The notes below the pieces were generated by a model. The model was not told the DNA's origin. It searched no databases and was given only the letters and a program-made list of their open reading frames with translations. This document shows positions 27,187-36,313 of a DNA stretch of 64,000 bases, piece by piece. The DNA is from a virus (taxonomy: Duplodnaviria > Caudoviricetes). The first letter of the stretch is position 1; the number at the start of each line of letters is the position of its first letter. The DNA lies in the IMG/VR virus record IMGVR_UViG_2706795985_000001, positions 26,553 to 90,552 of that record; one strand, given 5' to 3'. The position numbers and the translations under genes are program-made.

Positions 27187-27216
27187 AAAACCCTGCCCTA
27201 ACTGGCGGGGTTTTTT
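27187..27216 (+). terminator. Intrinsic terminator
   Basis: AAAACCCTGCC-ctaact-GGCGGGGTTTT TT. Confidence 0.85.
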
Positions 27217-27228
27217 CACATCTGGGGC

Positions 27229-27256
27229 TTGACAAAGGTAGAGACTGGTGTAGAAT
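27229..27256 (+). promoter_or_regulatory. sigma70-type promoter
   Basis: TTGACA-N16-TAGAAT. Confidence 0.7.
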
Positions 27257-27283
27257 TCGCTCATACAAACAGGAGAGACAAAA

Positions 27284-27628
27284 ATGAAATTCGAAGGCAA
27301 GCTTGAGATAGGTGGTTTGGCTATGATCATTGGTTGTACCAAACCTGAAAACAACTGGATCATCGGCAAGATCGTGAAGATTGAGATGTTCACATCTGTT
27401 GGAGATAACTTGACTTGGCTGTACCCATCGGCTGCGGCCACTGGCACAGTCATAGAAGATACGCCAGAGATTGCAATTTGTTCTGGCCTATCCACCAACA
27501 ATACTACAAATATGGGGCACCCAATTCTCAAGAATCACGTAAAAATCGGAAAGAAATATCTGATGCCTCTACCACCTCTGGAAGAGGAAGAGCTGGTAGA
27601 GGAACGTGAACTGGAGATGTTCCATTGA
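27284..27628 (+). CDS. Hypothetical protein
   Basis: AGGAG SD; acidic tail. Confidence 0.6.
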   Translation: MKFEGKLEIGGLAMIIGCTKPENNWIIGKIVKIEMFTSVGDNLTWLYPSAAATGTVIEDTPEIAICSGLSTNNTTNMGHPILKNHVKIGKKYLMPLPPLEEEELVEERELEMFH

Positions 27629-27846
27629 TCACAGAAGGTCATATCCTCAACATGGTGAATGAGCTTGAGAAGCGTGTACAGGCTCGGGATAACACATACT
27701 CTGTAAGAGTTCAAGCCCAGATGCACATCCAAGGTCCAATATACATAATCTCTATTGAAAATGCCACAAGCATAGACCAGTATGAGGTTGACTCCAGCAC
27801 TCATCAATGGATTCGAAGGTTAGAGGTTTATGAACAGCAAGATTAG
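27625..27846 (+). CDS. Hypothetical protein
   Basis: TTG start overlapping upstream stop. Confidence 0.45.
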   Translation: MITEGHILNMVNELEKRVQARDNTYSVRVQAQMHIQGPIYIISIENATSIDQYEVDSSTHQWIRRLEVYEQQD

Positions 27847-27955
27847 AAACCCCTTGGCTGGACCCAATAGACGTGTTAACCTCCCCAAGGTTGAACGTGA
27901 TCGTACAAAGTACCGTCGCAAACGTAAACACAAAAGGAGTGACAATAATGAGTAA
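27830..27955 (+). CDS. Small basic protein, ArfA-like (41 aa)
   Basis: GAGG SD; MNSKIRNPLAGPNRRVNLPKVERDRTKYRRKRKHKRSDNNE; not in ORF track. Confidence 0.55.
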   Translation: MNSKIRNPLAGPNRRVNLPKVERDRTKYRRKRKHKRSDNNE

Positions 27956-28289
27956 GTTGCAAGCACCAATCGCAAATGGCAACATCTTGATGGTGAACTT
28001 CCCGCACATGCCAATGCTGCACGACTTCATCATCCACGCACAAATCACACAATACAGCGTGACTCAGGCTGAGGAAGGTGTTATGCTCTCGATCCCTATC
28101 ACAGAGGCACTTGAGAATCACTCTACAGGTTTGGTTCACGGTGCAAGAGCGCGTGCAAAGGCCGCTGAGAAGCCTGACCCTAAACCCCCAACAGGAGGTG
28201 GAAGCCCAGATGGGACTCCTCCGGGCGGTGGAACACCGGGTACGCCCGTTATTGAGACTTACACATTCACGGAGGCAAAGGCAGCATGA
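27948..28289 (+). CDS. Hypothetical protein with Pro/Gly-rich linker
   Basis: AGGAG SD before ATG 27948; PDPKPPTGGGSPDGTPPGGGTPGTP. Confidence 0.6.
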   Translation: MSKLQAPIANGNILMVNFPHMPMLHDFIIHAQITQYSVTQAEEGVMLSIPITEALENHSTGLVHGARARAKAAEKPDPKPPTGGGSPDGTPPGGGTPGTPVIETYTFTEAKAA

Positions 28290-28453
28290 GTGTTTCATTG
28301 CTTGTTTTGATAAACCATACAGATAAGGTAACTTCTCAAGTGGTTAAGTTTTCATCTAGGACAGAAGCTGTACAAGCAAAGGTCGCAATAGAGGAAGATT
28401 TTCGTAAAAGTGTGTGGGCTGTTCGGATAACAATATTGGAGGGGACTGCTTGA
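28286..28453 (+). CDS. Hypothetical protein (55 aa)
   Basis: ATGA overlap upstream and TTGA overlap with primase start. Confidence 0.5.
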   Translation: MSVSLLVLINHTDKVTSQVVKFSSRTEAVQAKVAIEEDFRKSVWAVRITILEGTA

Positions 28454-31251
28454 CAAGTCTGGAGATAGCAAAGAAGTACGGGATAGACCTATATACCTAC
28501 GGTAAGGTTGCATGCCCTAAATGCGAGAGTAAGGGTATGGACAGGTCAGGTGATAATTTAATGGTCTACGGTACAGATGATGTAGGTCGTCACAGGGGCG
28601 CGCATTGTTGGGGTGGTTGTGGTGGTTTTACCATACCGTCTGAAGAGTATCTAGAAGAAAACGGTGTTACAGAAGAAAAGGAGTACAACGTAGTGGGTGC
28701 TGAGTTTAACGATGAGATTCACAAGAAGATGAAAGAGGTGACTACCACAGACTCTAAGGGTTATCGTGGTATTCGTAAAGACACTACAGCAGCTTTTGGT
28801 GTTCGACATGAAGTGAACACACAGACAGGCGAGATTGCTGTCCAATACTACCCTTGCACTATGGAAAGTGCAGACAATGATCATGGATTTATTCTCACTG
28901 GTTACAAAAAGCGTACACTGCCTAAGACTTTTGGCGGCGCACTTGGTGAGACTGGCAAGGAATGTCAGCTGTTTGGTCAGTTCAAGTTTATACGTGATCG
29001 AGGCAAATACTGCCTGATTGTTGGTGGTGAGATTGACCAACTGTCCGCCTACCAGATGCTCGCAGACTACCAGAAAGGTAAAGGCTATGAAGCTTTCCCT
29101 GTCGTATCACCAACCATCGGTGAGACTGGCTGTGAGAAACAGATTGTAGGCCAGTACGAGTGGTTTAACCGATTCGAGCGTATTATCGTCTGTATGGACA
29201 ACGACGCAGCGGGTAGAGAAGCTTCTGAGAAAGTTTGCAAGGCATTGCCTAAGGGTAAAGCTTTCATTATGGAAATGGGCTTGAAAGACCCTAACGAGTA
29301 TTTGAAGGCTAATAAGGAACGTGAGTTCATTTCAGCATTCTACAATGCAGCTCCCTACACTCCAAGTGGTATTGTTGGTAGTGGTAGTTTGATGAAGCTT
29401 ATGAAGGCAGCGGCAGTGACACCTAAGATACCACTCCCACCATTTATGCACAAAGTGCAGAAGATGATGGCTGGTGGTATTATGCTCAAGACTATTACAA
29501 ACTTAGGTAGTGCTTCTGGTTGTGTAGATAAGGACACTGAATATCTAACTCCCCAAGGTTGGAAAAAGTTTGATGAGTATGTTGTTGGTGACCTCGTTGC
29601 CCAGTACCATAAAGATGGCCAGATGACCTTTGTAGAGCCTTTGGAGTATGTTAAAAAGCCTTGCGGAGTCATGACTCATTTCAGCAACCGCTCCACTGAT
29701 CAAGTGCTGTCAGACGAGCATCGGTTTGTATACTACTCTCAGGCCAAGGGTGGTAAGGTTCATATCAAACCTTTTGCGGAAGTGAGAGAATTACATGAGA
29801 GAAATGTGACAGGGTTTCGTGGTCATATTGCCACTACGTTCGAGTATAGCGGGAAGGGTATTGATTTCAGCGAGGGCGAGCTTCGCCTGCAAGTTGCTGT
29901 AATGGCTGACGGCCGGATTGTCAAAGAGGGTAAGGACAACTATACTCAAATGCGCTTCAATAAAGAGCGTAAGTATCTTAGACTTATCGACATGGTTAAG
30001 AAGTTTAAATTGAGTTATGATGACAAGGGTCTTGGAGAAGATGGATACTACCAAGTTATTGTATGGCCAAAAACTCAGGACAAGGCTTATTCTGAGGAGT
30101 TTTACAACGCAACACAGGAACAGCTTCAAATTATCTGTGATGAAGTTATGCACTGGGATGGCTATCTTGAAAATCAGGTATATACTTCCTGCCGTAAAGG
30201 TGATGTAGACTTCCTCCAGTTCGCTTATGCGGCCTGCGACAAGCGGGCGGTGGTTGGTGAAGATAAACGTACTGGTAAGTACAAAGGAGGTTACTGCGGA
30301 GTTCTAAGTGTCAACAAGGCTAGCCATAGCCAGCGTGTCTCTATTCGCAGTGTGGGGGGCAGAGATAAGACTGAGATGAAGGAGTACAAAACCCTTGACG
30401 GCTTTAAATACTGCTTCATGGTTGAGACTGGTATGCTTGTTCTTCGCCGTAACGGTCGAATCTTCATCACTGGTAATACTGGTAAGTCAACAATCGTTGA
30501 CGAGTGCGTTTATCACTGGATTTATCACAGCCCACACAAACCGGGAGTCCTCTCACTTGAAAGTGACTGTGCCCAGTACGGAAACAAGATGTTGTCTCGT
30601 CGTCTGGGACTTAAGCTTGATTTGATTGAAGATGACCAGTATAAGATCGATCTTTTGAATAGTGCTGAGGTTGAAGAGGCAGCTCAGGATTTGTTCTTCC
30701 TGCCAGATGGCAGTCACCGCTGGCACTTGGTTGAGGAGCGTGACGGTTCTATTGAAGATATCAAAGAGAAGATCATGCAACTGATCGTTGCTTGTGAGTG
30801 TAAGGTGATTATCATTGACCCACTTCAAGATATCCTTGATGGTATGAGCAATGAAGAGCAAGCCGTGTTCATGAAGTGGCTAAAAGGCACAGTGAAGAGC
30901 CATGATGTGTCCTTCATTTTGATTAACCACGTTCGTAAGAGTGCAAATGGTGGCAAGCAAAACTCCGCAGGTGCTGATCTGTTCGAAGAAGACTTTGCTG
31001 GTAGTTCGGCAATATTTAAATCAGCAGCCTGTAATCTGCTGTTTACTCGTAATAAAGAAGCGGAAAATGAGGTAGAGCGTAACATAACAAAAATGAAAGT
31101 AACTAAGCTGCGTTGGACTGGCAACACAAGCCCAGATGCAGGACGCTACTACTATGATAATAAGACACACACTTTGTGGGACTTGGACGACTATCTTGAT
31201 AGAAATCCAACTGTAAAGGCTGAGTATCTGGCCAGTCAGCAGGAGGAGTAG
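28450..31251 (+). CDS. DNA primase-helicase (T7 gp4-like) containing an intein
   Basis: Zn finger CPKC..HCWGGC; TOPRIM (VGGEIDQL, CMDNDAAG); Walker A GSASG|TGKS; Walker B IIIDPLQ; TTG start after GGAGGGG. Confidence 0.92.
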   Translation: MTSLEIAKKYGIDLYTYGKVACPKCESKGMDRSGDNLMVYGTDDVGRHRGAHCWGGCGGFTIPSEEYLEENGVTEEKEYNVVGAEFNDEIHKKMKEVTTTDSKGYRGIRKDTTAAFGVRHEVNTQTGEIAVQYYPCTMESADNDHGFILTGYKKRTLPKTFGGALGETGKECQLFGQFKFIRDRGKYCLIVGGEIDQLSAYQMLADYQKGKGYEAFPVVSPTIGETGCEKQIVGQYEWFNRFERIIVCMDNDAAGREASEKVCKALPKGKAFIMEMGLKDPNEYLKANKEREFISAFYNAAPYTPSGIVGSGSLMKLMKAAAVTPKIPLPPFMHKVQKMMAGGIMLKTITNLGSASGCVDKDTEYLTPQGWKKFDEYVVGDLVAQYHKDGQMTFVEPLEYVKKPCGVMTHFSNRSTDQVLSDEHRFVYYSQAKGGKVHIKPFAEVRELHERNVTGFRGHIATTFEYSGKGIDFSEGELRLQVAVMADGRIVKEGKDNYTQMRFNKERKYLRLIDMVKKFKLSYDDKGLGEDGYYQVIVWPKTQDKAYSEEFYNATQEQLQIICDEVMHWDGYLENQVYTSCRKGDVDFLQFAYAACDKRAVVGEDKRTGKYKGGYCGVLSVNKASHSQRVSIRSVGGRDKTEMKEYKTLDGFKYCFMVETGMLVLRRNGRIFITGNTGKSTIVDECVYHWIYHSPHKPGVLSLESDCAQYGNKMLSRRLGLKLDLIEDDQYKIDLLNSAEVEEAAQDLFFLPDGSHRWHLVEERDGSIEDIKEKIMQLIVACECKVIIIDPLQDILDGMSNEEQAVFMKWLKGTVKSHDVSFILINHVRKSANGGKQNSAGADLFEEDFAGSSAIFKSAACNLLFTRNKEAENEVERNITKMKVTKLRWTGNTSPDAGRYYYDNKTHTLWDLDDYLDRNPTVKAEYLASQQEE
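29521..30477 (+). mobile_element. Intein (319 aa) in helicase Walker A motif
   Basis: Starts CVDKDTEYLTPQGW; block B SDEH; LAGLIDADG-like AVMADG and MHWDG; ends FITGN followed by Thr; removal restores GSASGTGKST. Confidence 0.9.
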
Positions 31252-31253
31252 CT

Positions 31254-31823
31254 TTGAGATTAGTGTTCGGTGTTGGTATAAATGATGCCGACTATGTAGT
31301 GCAACCCAATGTGGATGGCAAGCAGGTCGCTTGCCAGTATTACACAAGGTGGAAAGATATGCTGAGACGTTGCTATGATAAAGTTAGAATGGCAAAGTAT
31401 CCAACATATTCTGATTGTACAATTTGTGCTGAGTGGCTTGTCTTTTCTAATTTTAAGTCTTGGATGGAGCTACAAAATTGGAAGGGTAACCACTTGGACA
31501 AAGACCTGCTTGTTGCAGGCAATAAAATGTACAGTCCTGAAACTTGTGTGTTTGTGAGCCCACTTGTAAACACATTTCTTTTAGAGAGTGATTCCATACG
31601 TGGTGAGTACCCTATAGGAGTTACTTTCTCTAAGAAAGCCTCAAAATACTCGGCAGAGTGTAAGAACTTGGGAGGTAAACGTATTTGGATTGGGTACTAC
31701 TTTACACCTGAAGAAGCCTCATTTGCATACCGTGAAGTTAAATACAAGCTAGCTCTACAACTTGCAGCTATTCAGCCAGACCCCAGAGTTTCAAGGGCTT
31801 TGATTGAGAGGTATAAAATCTGA
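31254..31823 (+). CDS. Free-standing HNH-type homing endonuclease
   Basis: GVGINDADY..WKDMLRRCY..EWLVFSNF..LDKDLL..YSPETCVFV; AP2-like C-terminus. Confidence 0.75.
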   Translation: MRLVFGVGINDADYVVQPNVDGKQVACQYYTRWKDMLRRCYDKVRMAKYPTYSDCTICAEWLVFSNFKSWMELQNWKGNHLDKDLLVAGNKMYSPETCVFVSPLVNTFLLESDSIRGEYPIGVTFSKKASKYSAECKNLGGKRIWIGYYFTPEEASFAYREVKYKLALQLAAIQPDPRVSRALIERYKI

Positions 31824-31881
31824 TTGACTATTGGGGTCATGCTTAGGTATGATCCCTTCTGTCGTTTTAAAGGAGAGCAGG

Positions 31882-34800
31882 ATGAAGCAGATTACAAACT
31901 GGAAGCAGGCAAGCATTGCTGACTTCGAAGCAGACGGGCTTCTTGATACAGTTACAAAGATGCACGTAATGAGCTATCAGATTCGCGAGATGAACGGGGA
32001 TCTATCTAAGGTTTTTACCATTCGACGCGACCACAAGAACTACAAAGAACGTGTTGCTAAATTCTTCCAGTATCATATCGACAGGGGTATTCCCGTTGTT
32101 ATGCACAACGGTATCGGGTACGACGTTCGTATGGTTGAGGAGATTCTGGAGATTGACCTATCAGGTTTGATGGTTGTTGATACATTAGCTTTGTCATGGT
32201 ATCTATCGCCTGATCGACACCAGCATGGTCTGGATAGTTTCTTTGAGGACTACGGTATTGCCAAGCCTGCTATTGCACACTGGGAACAACAAGAGGGTGA
32301 AACCCTTGAAGAGTTTCTTGACACTATGGAACATCGTTGCTCTGAGGACGTTAAGATCAACACAGCTTTGTGGGAAGACCACATGGCACGTCTGGTAGAC
32401 ATGTACACAACTGCTCAGGGCTTGATTGACAATGGGCAAGAGATTAAGGACAAGCGTGGAGATGTTGAGAAGGTTATCAACGTTGGTGGTACTCGCATCT
32501 CGCCTGACGAGTGGATTCCCATTGACGATATGATTGGTCGTACTGTCGATTCAGCTATTGACTCCATTCTGACGTTCCTGATGTTCAAGATGGACTGTGC
32601 CTGCCTGCAAGAGAAGACTCGCTGGGAATTGGATGTTGAACATGTCCGAAATTCTCTTGAGAAGCTTGAAGAGATTGTACTGGCAGCACGCACCGGCTTA
32701 TCAGAAGTTATGCCAGTGGTGCCTAAATATGTCAAGAAGACAGAGCCAAAGATTGACCCATTCAAGAAAAATGGTGAGAGGACCGCACATTGGATCAAAT
32801 GGGATGAGACCATGCGGAAGTTGGAAGATGGTGAGAAAGACCCTGAGTCTGGTGCACCACTGGTCTACATCGACCCTGATGATTTACCTCTAGAGGGTAA
32901 GCAGGTTTACCGTGTATGGAATAAGAATGAAGAACCAAATCCCGGTAGTCCAGTTCAAGTAAAGGACTTCCTGTTCAGCAAGGGTTGGGTGCCACAGTCA
33001 TTTAAGTACGAGAAGGACGAAGTAGCTTTCAATGCGTGGATCGCCAGCAAGCCCCAAGGTAAGGCAAATCACCAGCAATGGGAACGTTGGAAAAACGCCA
33101 GACCAGAAGAACGTGCAATACCTCAAATCTCGGTTGGTGGTGATGACGGTAAAGAGCTGTGCCACTCTCTGATTGATCTGGCTGAAGAGGTCCCTGCGAT
33201 TAAGGTTTATGCTGACTACAAGGTGGCTGAAAACCGTCGTAACGTGCTTCTGGGGTTCTTCAGAGACATGGAAGATGGGAAGTGGTTGAAGGCTCGTATT
33301 GGTGGTTTCACTAACACCCTTAGAGTTAAACACCGTGAGCTGGTAAACCTTCCGGGCGTTGACAAGCCTTATGGCTATGATATCCGAGGTGGGTTAATTT
33401 CAGGATTCAAAAAGATTCTTGCTGGGTCGGACATGTCTTCTCTTGAAGATCGTGTGAAGCACCACTTCATGCTGCCGCATGACCCTGAGTATGTTAAGAC
33501 CATGCAAGCTGATGGTTTTGACCCTCACATTCTGATGGCACTCACGGCTGGGATGATTTCTCAAGCTGAGTTTGAAGCGTTCATGGCTGACCCGAAAGGT
33601 AGTCACCCGCCGCACGTTAAGAAAGGTCGTAAGGACGGCAAGACTTGTTTGCCAGTTGACAGTACAGAAGTCTTGACACGTCGAGGGTGGCTGCTTGGCA
33701 GCGAGGTGGGTATTGGAGACTATGTTATGTCTTTGGGCACTGAGACAAATACGCTTGAGTGGTGTAGAGTTACAGACACCCTGTTGTTTAAGGGCCAGAA
33801 GACGGTTGTTATGAAAAACAATAACTGGGAACTAGAGTCAACCCCAGATCACAAATGGGTTGTAGATAGGACCACAGGCAGAGGGTCTACACGAAGAGTC
33901 GTACGGGAGTGGGTGTCTACTGAAAAGCTGAATAAGGCTATGAATATTGTCACAACGGCAGCTTATGTTGGAGGCACTTCCGGCGTCACTGTTGCACAAG
34001 CTCGTGTTGTTGGTTGGATGCTGGCGGACGGCAGTCTGTCTGTCTCCCCGTTGACTTGTAAAACGTCTCAAGGTTTGTCCGGACACAAGCAAGCCGTACG
34101 GATGACAATCGCCCAGGCTAAGTTTTACGAGGAGGTAAAGGAAGATATCGAAGCTGTTGGTTTGGACTACTCAGAGTACAAGAATTCCTGCAATGTGCCT
34201 GTGTTCCAGTTTAAATCCAACAGTGCGCGTGACTTCCTAAAGGACGTAGGGCTGCCACTGGAGGGCAAGCATAAAATTGACTACAGCCTGTGGGTCTCTG
34301 GGCTTAGCAGGGAGGCTTTGTCTGGATTCTACGATGCGTTTTGGAGGGCTGACGGAAATACTGCTTCGCCCGATAAAACTTACAAAACAAGCATTGTCTA
34401 CCAAAATTCAGGTAATATTGCAGACGCTGTGCAGTTGGTAAGCATTCTTTTGGGTAAAAACACATTTAAGAAGTTTAATAAAAAAGGTTATGGAGTGGTA
34501 AGGTCACAAGACCGTAGTAGTGTGACAATGCAACGAGTAGAGAAGACAGAGGGAAGGGTTGTAGATGTTTTCTGCTTGACAACTGAGAACACTAGTTTCT
34601 TGATCCGACAGAATGGGTTTGTGACAATCACTGGCAACTGTAACTATGCTTCCGTGTACAATGCGGGTGCTGCTAAGATTGCACAGGCAGCAGGCCAGAG
34701 TCTAGCTACAGGTGAGAAGCTGCACAAGGCGTACTGGGAGCTAAACTGGTCTGTAAAAGCCATTGCTGAAGAGCAGGTGGTGTTTAAGGATAGTCGTGGT

Positions 34801-35136
34801 GACAAGTGGCTGATCAACCCTATCAACGGGTTCTGCTACAGCCTGCGTAAAGAGTCTGATCGATTCTCCACACTGGCACAGGGAACCGGTTCATATTTCT
34901 TTGACATGTGGGTTGATAACATTCTGAATGCAATGCAAGCTCAGTTTGGTCGTAAGACTTTGACAGGTAGCTTCCATGACGAATCCTGATCCGGCGCACG
35001 TGTTGGTCAGTGGCACCGGGCTGACTCACCTCAGATCATTACCGACGCTGTTGAGAAGGTGAACAAGGATTTCAACCTTCGCCGTAAGCTTGGGTGCCAA
35101 ACACAATTTGGCAGGTGTTACGCCGAAATCCATTGA
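31882..35136 (+). CDS. DNA polymerase, family A, with intein; interrupted as read by in-frame TGA at 34987
   Basis: ExoI DFEAD; motif A GSDMSSLE; motif B RKDGKT|CNYASVY; motif C FHDE; the C-terminus IITDAVEK..QFGRCYAEIH* is in the same frame past the TGA. Confidence 0.9.
33646..34638 (+). mobile_element. Intein (331 aa) in polymerase motif B
   Basis: Starts CLPVDSTEVLTRRGW; block B TPDH; LAGLIDADG-like WMLADG and FWRADG; ends TITGN followed by Cys. Confidence 0.9.
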
Positions 35137-35161
35137 TTGGGGGGGGGGGGGTGGGGGTGTT

Positions 35162-35279
35162 ATGCGTAAGGTCGTATGTTGGATTTTCGGACACCAGTTA
35201 AAAAGAAACAAAGATGGATTGGGGGTACACGTGCGTCTCTTGTGGTGCAGAGAAAATAATTAGTCCCATTGTGAGATAG
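35162..35279 (+). CDS. Small zinc-binding protein, frameshifted in a G run
   Basis: CWIFGH in one frame, YTCVSCG in the next after GGGGG at ~35221. Confidence 0.45.
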
Positions 35280-35282
35280 GGG

Positions 35283-35311
35283 TTGACAACGGACAAGGAT
35301 GTCTCTACAAT
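35283..35311 (+). promoter_or_regulatory. sigma70-type promoter
   Basis: TTGACA-N17-TACAAT. Confidence 0.8.
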
Positions 35312-35342
35312 TCACCTCATCAAACATAACGGAGGAAACACA

Positions 35343-35630
35343 ATGACTCAGCGTAACGAACCAACTGTTGGCAATGCCACTGCGGCTTTCGACTTCACTG
35401 GTATGTTCTCCAGCAAGAAGGGCAAAACCCCTGAGCAACAGATGAACGATGCTCTGGCTGGCTTCACTCAGGCTCAAGCCAATCTGGAAACTGCCCAAGC
35501 GGCAATCGCCAGTCAAAAGGCTGACCACGAAGCTGAAATCGAGAAGCGTCAAAAGCTTCTGGCAACCGCTGAAGAATCGCACTCCCGTCTGGAGCGAATC
35601 AAAGGCCGCTTTGTAGACCTGCTGGCGTGA
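35343..35630 (+). CDS. Coiled-coil hypothetical protein
   Basis: GGAGG SD before ATG 35343. Confidence 0.65.
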   Translation: MTQRNEPTVGNATAAFDFTGMFSSKKGKTPEQQMNDALAGFTQAQANLETAQAAIASQKADHEAEIEKRQKLLATAEESHSRLERIKGRFVDLLA

Positions 35631-35812
35631 ACCAGTACCGCGTCATCAAGAAAGACTTCTACCACATGTACGCTCTGGGAGAAATCATAGAGCGTTGCAG
35701 TTCTTCTGAAATCATGGGCACGTTTATCTACGTGAACAAGAAAGGCATTCAGCAACGCCTGATGGACGATCAGGTTGAACTAGTGGTTGACACGAACGAA
35801 GAAGCGTTGTAA
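35627..35812 (+). CDS. Hypothetical protein
   Basis: GTGA overlap with upstream gene. Confidence 0.5.
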   Translation: MNQYRVIKKDFYHMYALGEIIERCSSSEIMGTFIYVNKKGIQQRLMDDQVELVVDTNEEAL

Positions 35813-35815
35813 GAT
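35787..35815 (+). promoter_or_regulatory. sigma70-type promoter inside gene end
   Basis: TTGACA-N17-TAAGAT. Confidence 0.65.
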
Positions 35816-35857
35816 ACGCATTCAATACACGCATTGAATATACGAAGGAGGATTCAA

Positions 35858-36238
35858 ATGGCTACAGTTTCTAAAGGTGTTGTTGTCAAGGTTCGTACTG
35901 CCAAGAAATACGAGCACGCATTCAAACCGGGCACTCTCGCTACTTCTGAGGGTGAGGACTTCGGCCCTCATCACCGTGGCCTCTGGTCGCTCTTCCGTAA
36001 CGAAGAAGGCGAAACACAGTATCTGCTTCCTGAGCACTACGATCTGGTTGAAGCGGCTGATAAGGTTTCAGACGAAACCCTGCCAAACAAGGTTATCTAC
36101 GGCGTCCTGAACGCTGAAGATGAAATCTACGCATCCACTGCTGATCGTGATTTTGCACGTGAAATGAAGGCTGCACTCGGCGGTAAACGTAAAGGTATTC
36201 GCATCTTCCAATACGCCGCTGTTAAAGAAATCCGCTGA
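35858..36238 (+). CDS. Hypothetical protein
   Basis: AAGGAGG SD before ATG 35858; strongly biased codons. Confidence 0.65.
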   Translation: MATVSKGVVVKVRTAKKYEHAFKPGTLATSEGEDFGPHHRGLWSLFRNEEGETQYLLPEHYDLVEAADKVSDETLPNKVIYGVLNAEDEIYASTADRDFAREMKAALGGKRKGIRIFQYAAVKEIR

Positions 36239-36313
36239 TCTGATCAATCAGCGTTAACTGAGGTCAAGTGGCCTCACACTGCCCAATAATGGGTCTTAAG
36301 ATAGGAGATATAA

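Noticed and set aside
26956-27531. 191-aa minus-strand ORF overlapping the second candidate RNA
   Set aside because: No SD or recognisable motif; it crosses a plus-strand terminator, promoter and gene; promoter and terminator polarity favour a plus-strand RNA.
4195-34989. Genome-wide TGA recoding, suggested by in-frame TGA in both sheath and polymerase
   Set aside because: Many intact genes end in TGA with ATGA coupling (1656, 12462, 25014 and others), and both sites have locally disturbed flanking residues, so recoding does not explain them.
34987-35040. SECIS-like hairpin after the polymerase UGA
   Set aside because: It does not match the bacterial SECIS apical loop and bulge geometry, and the encoded residues break polymerase motif C context; an artefact is more likely.
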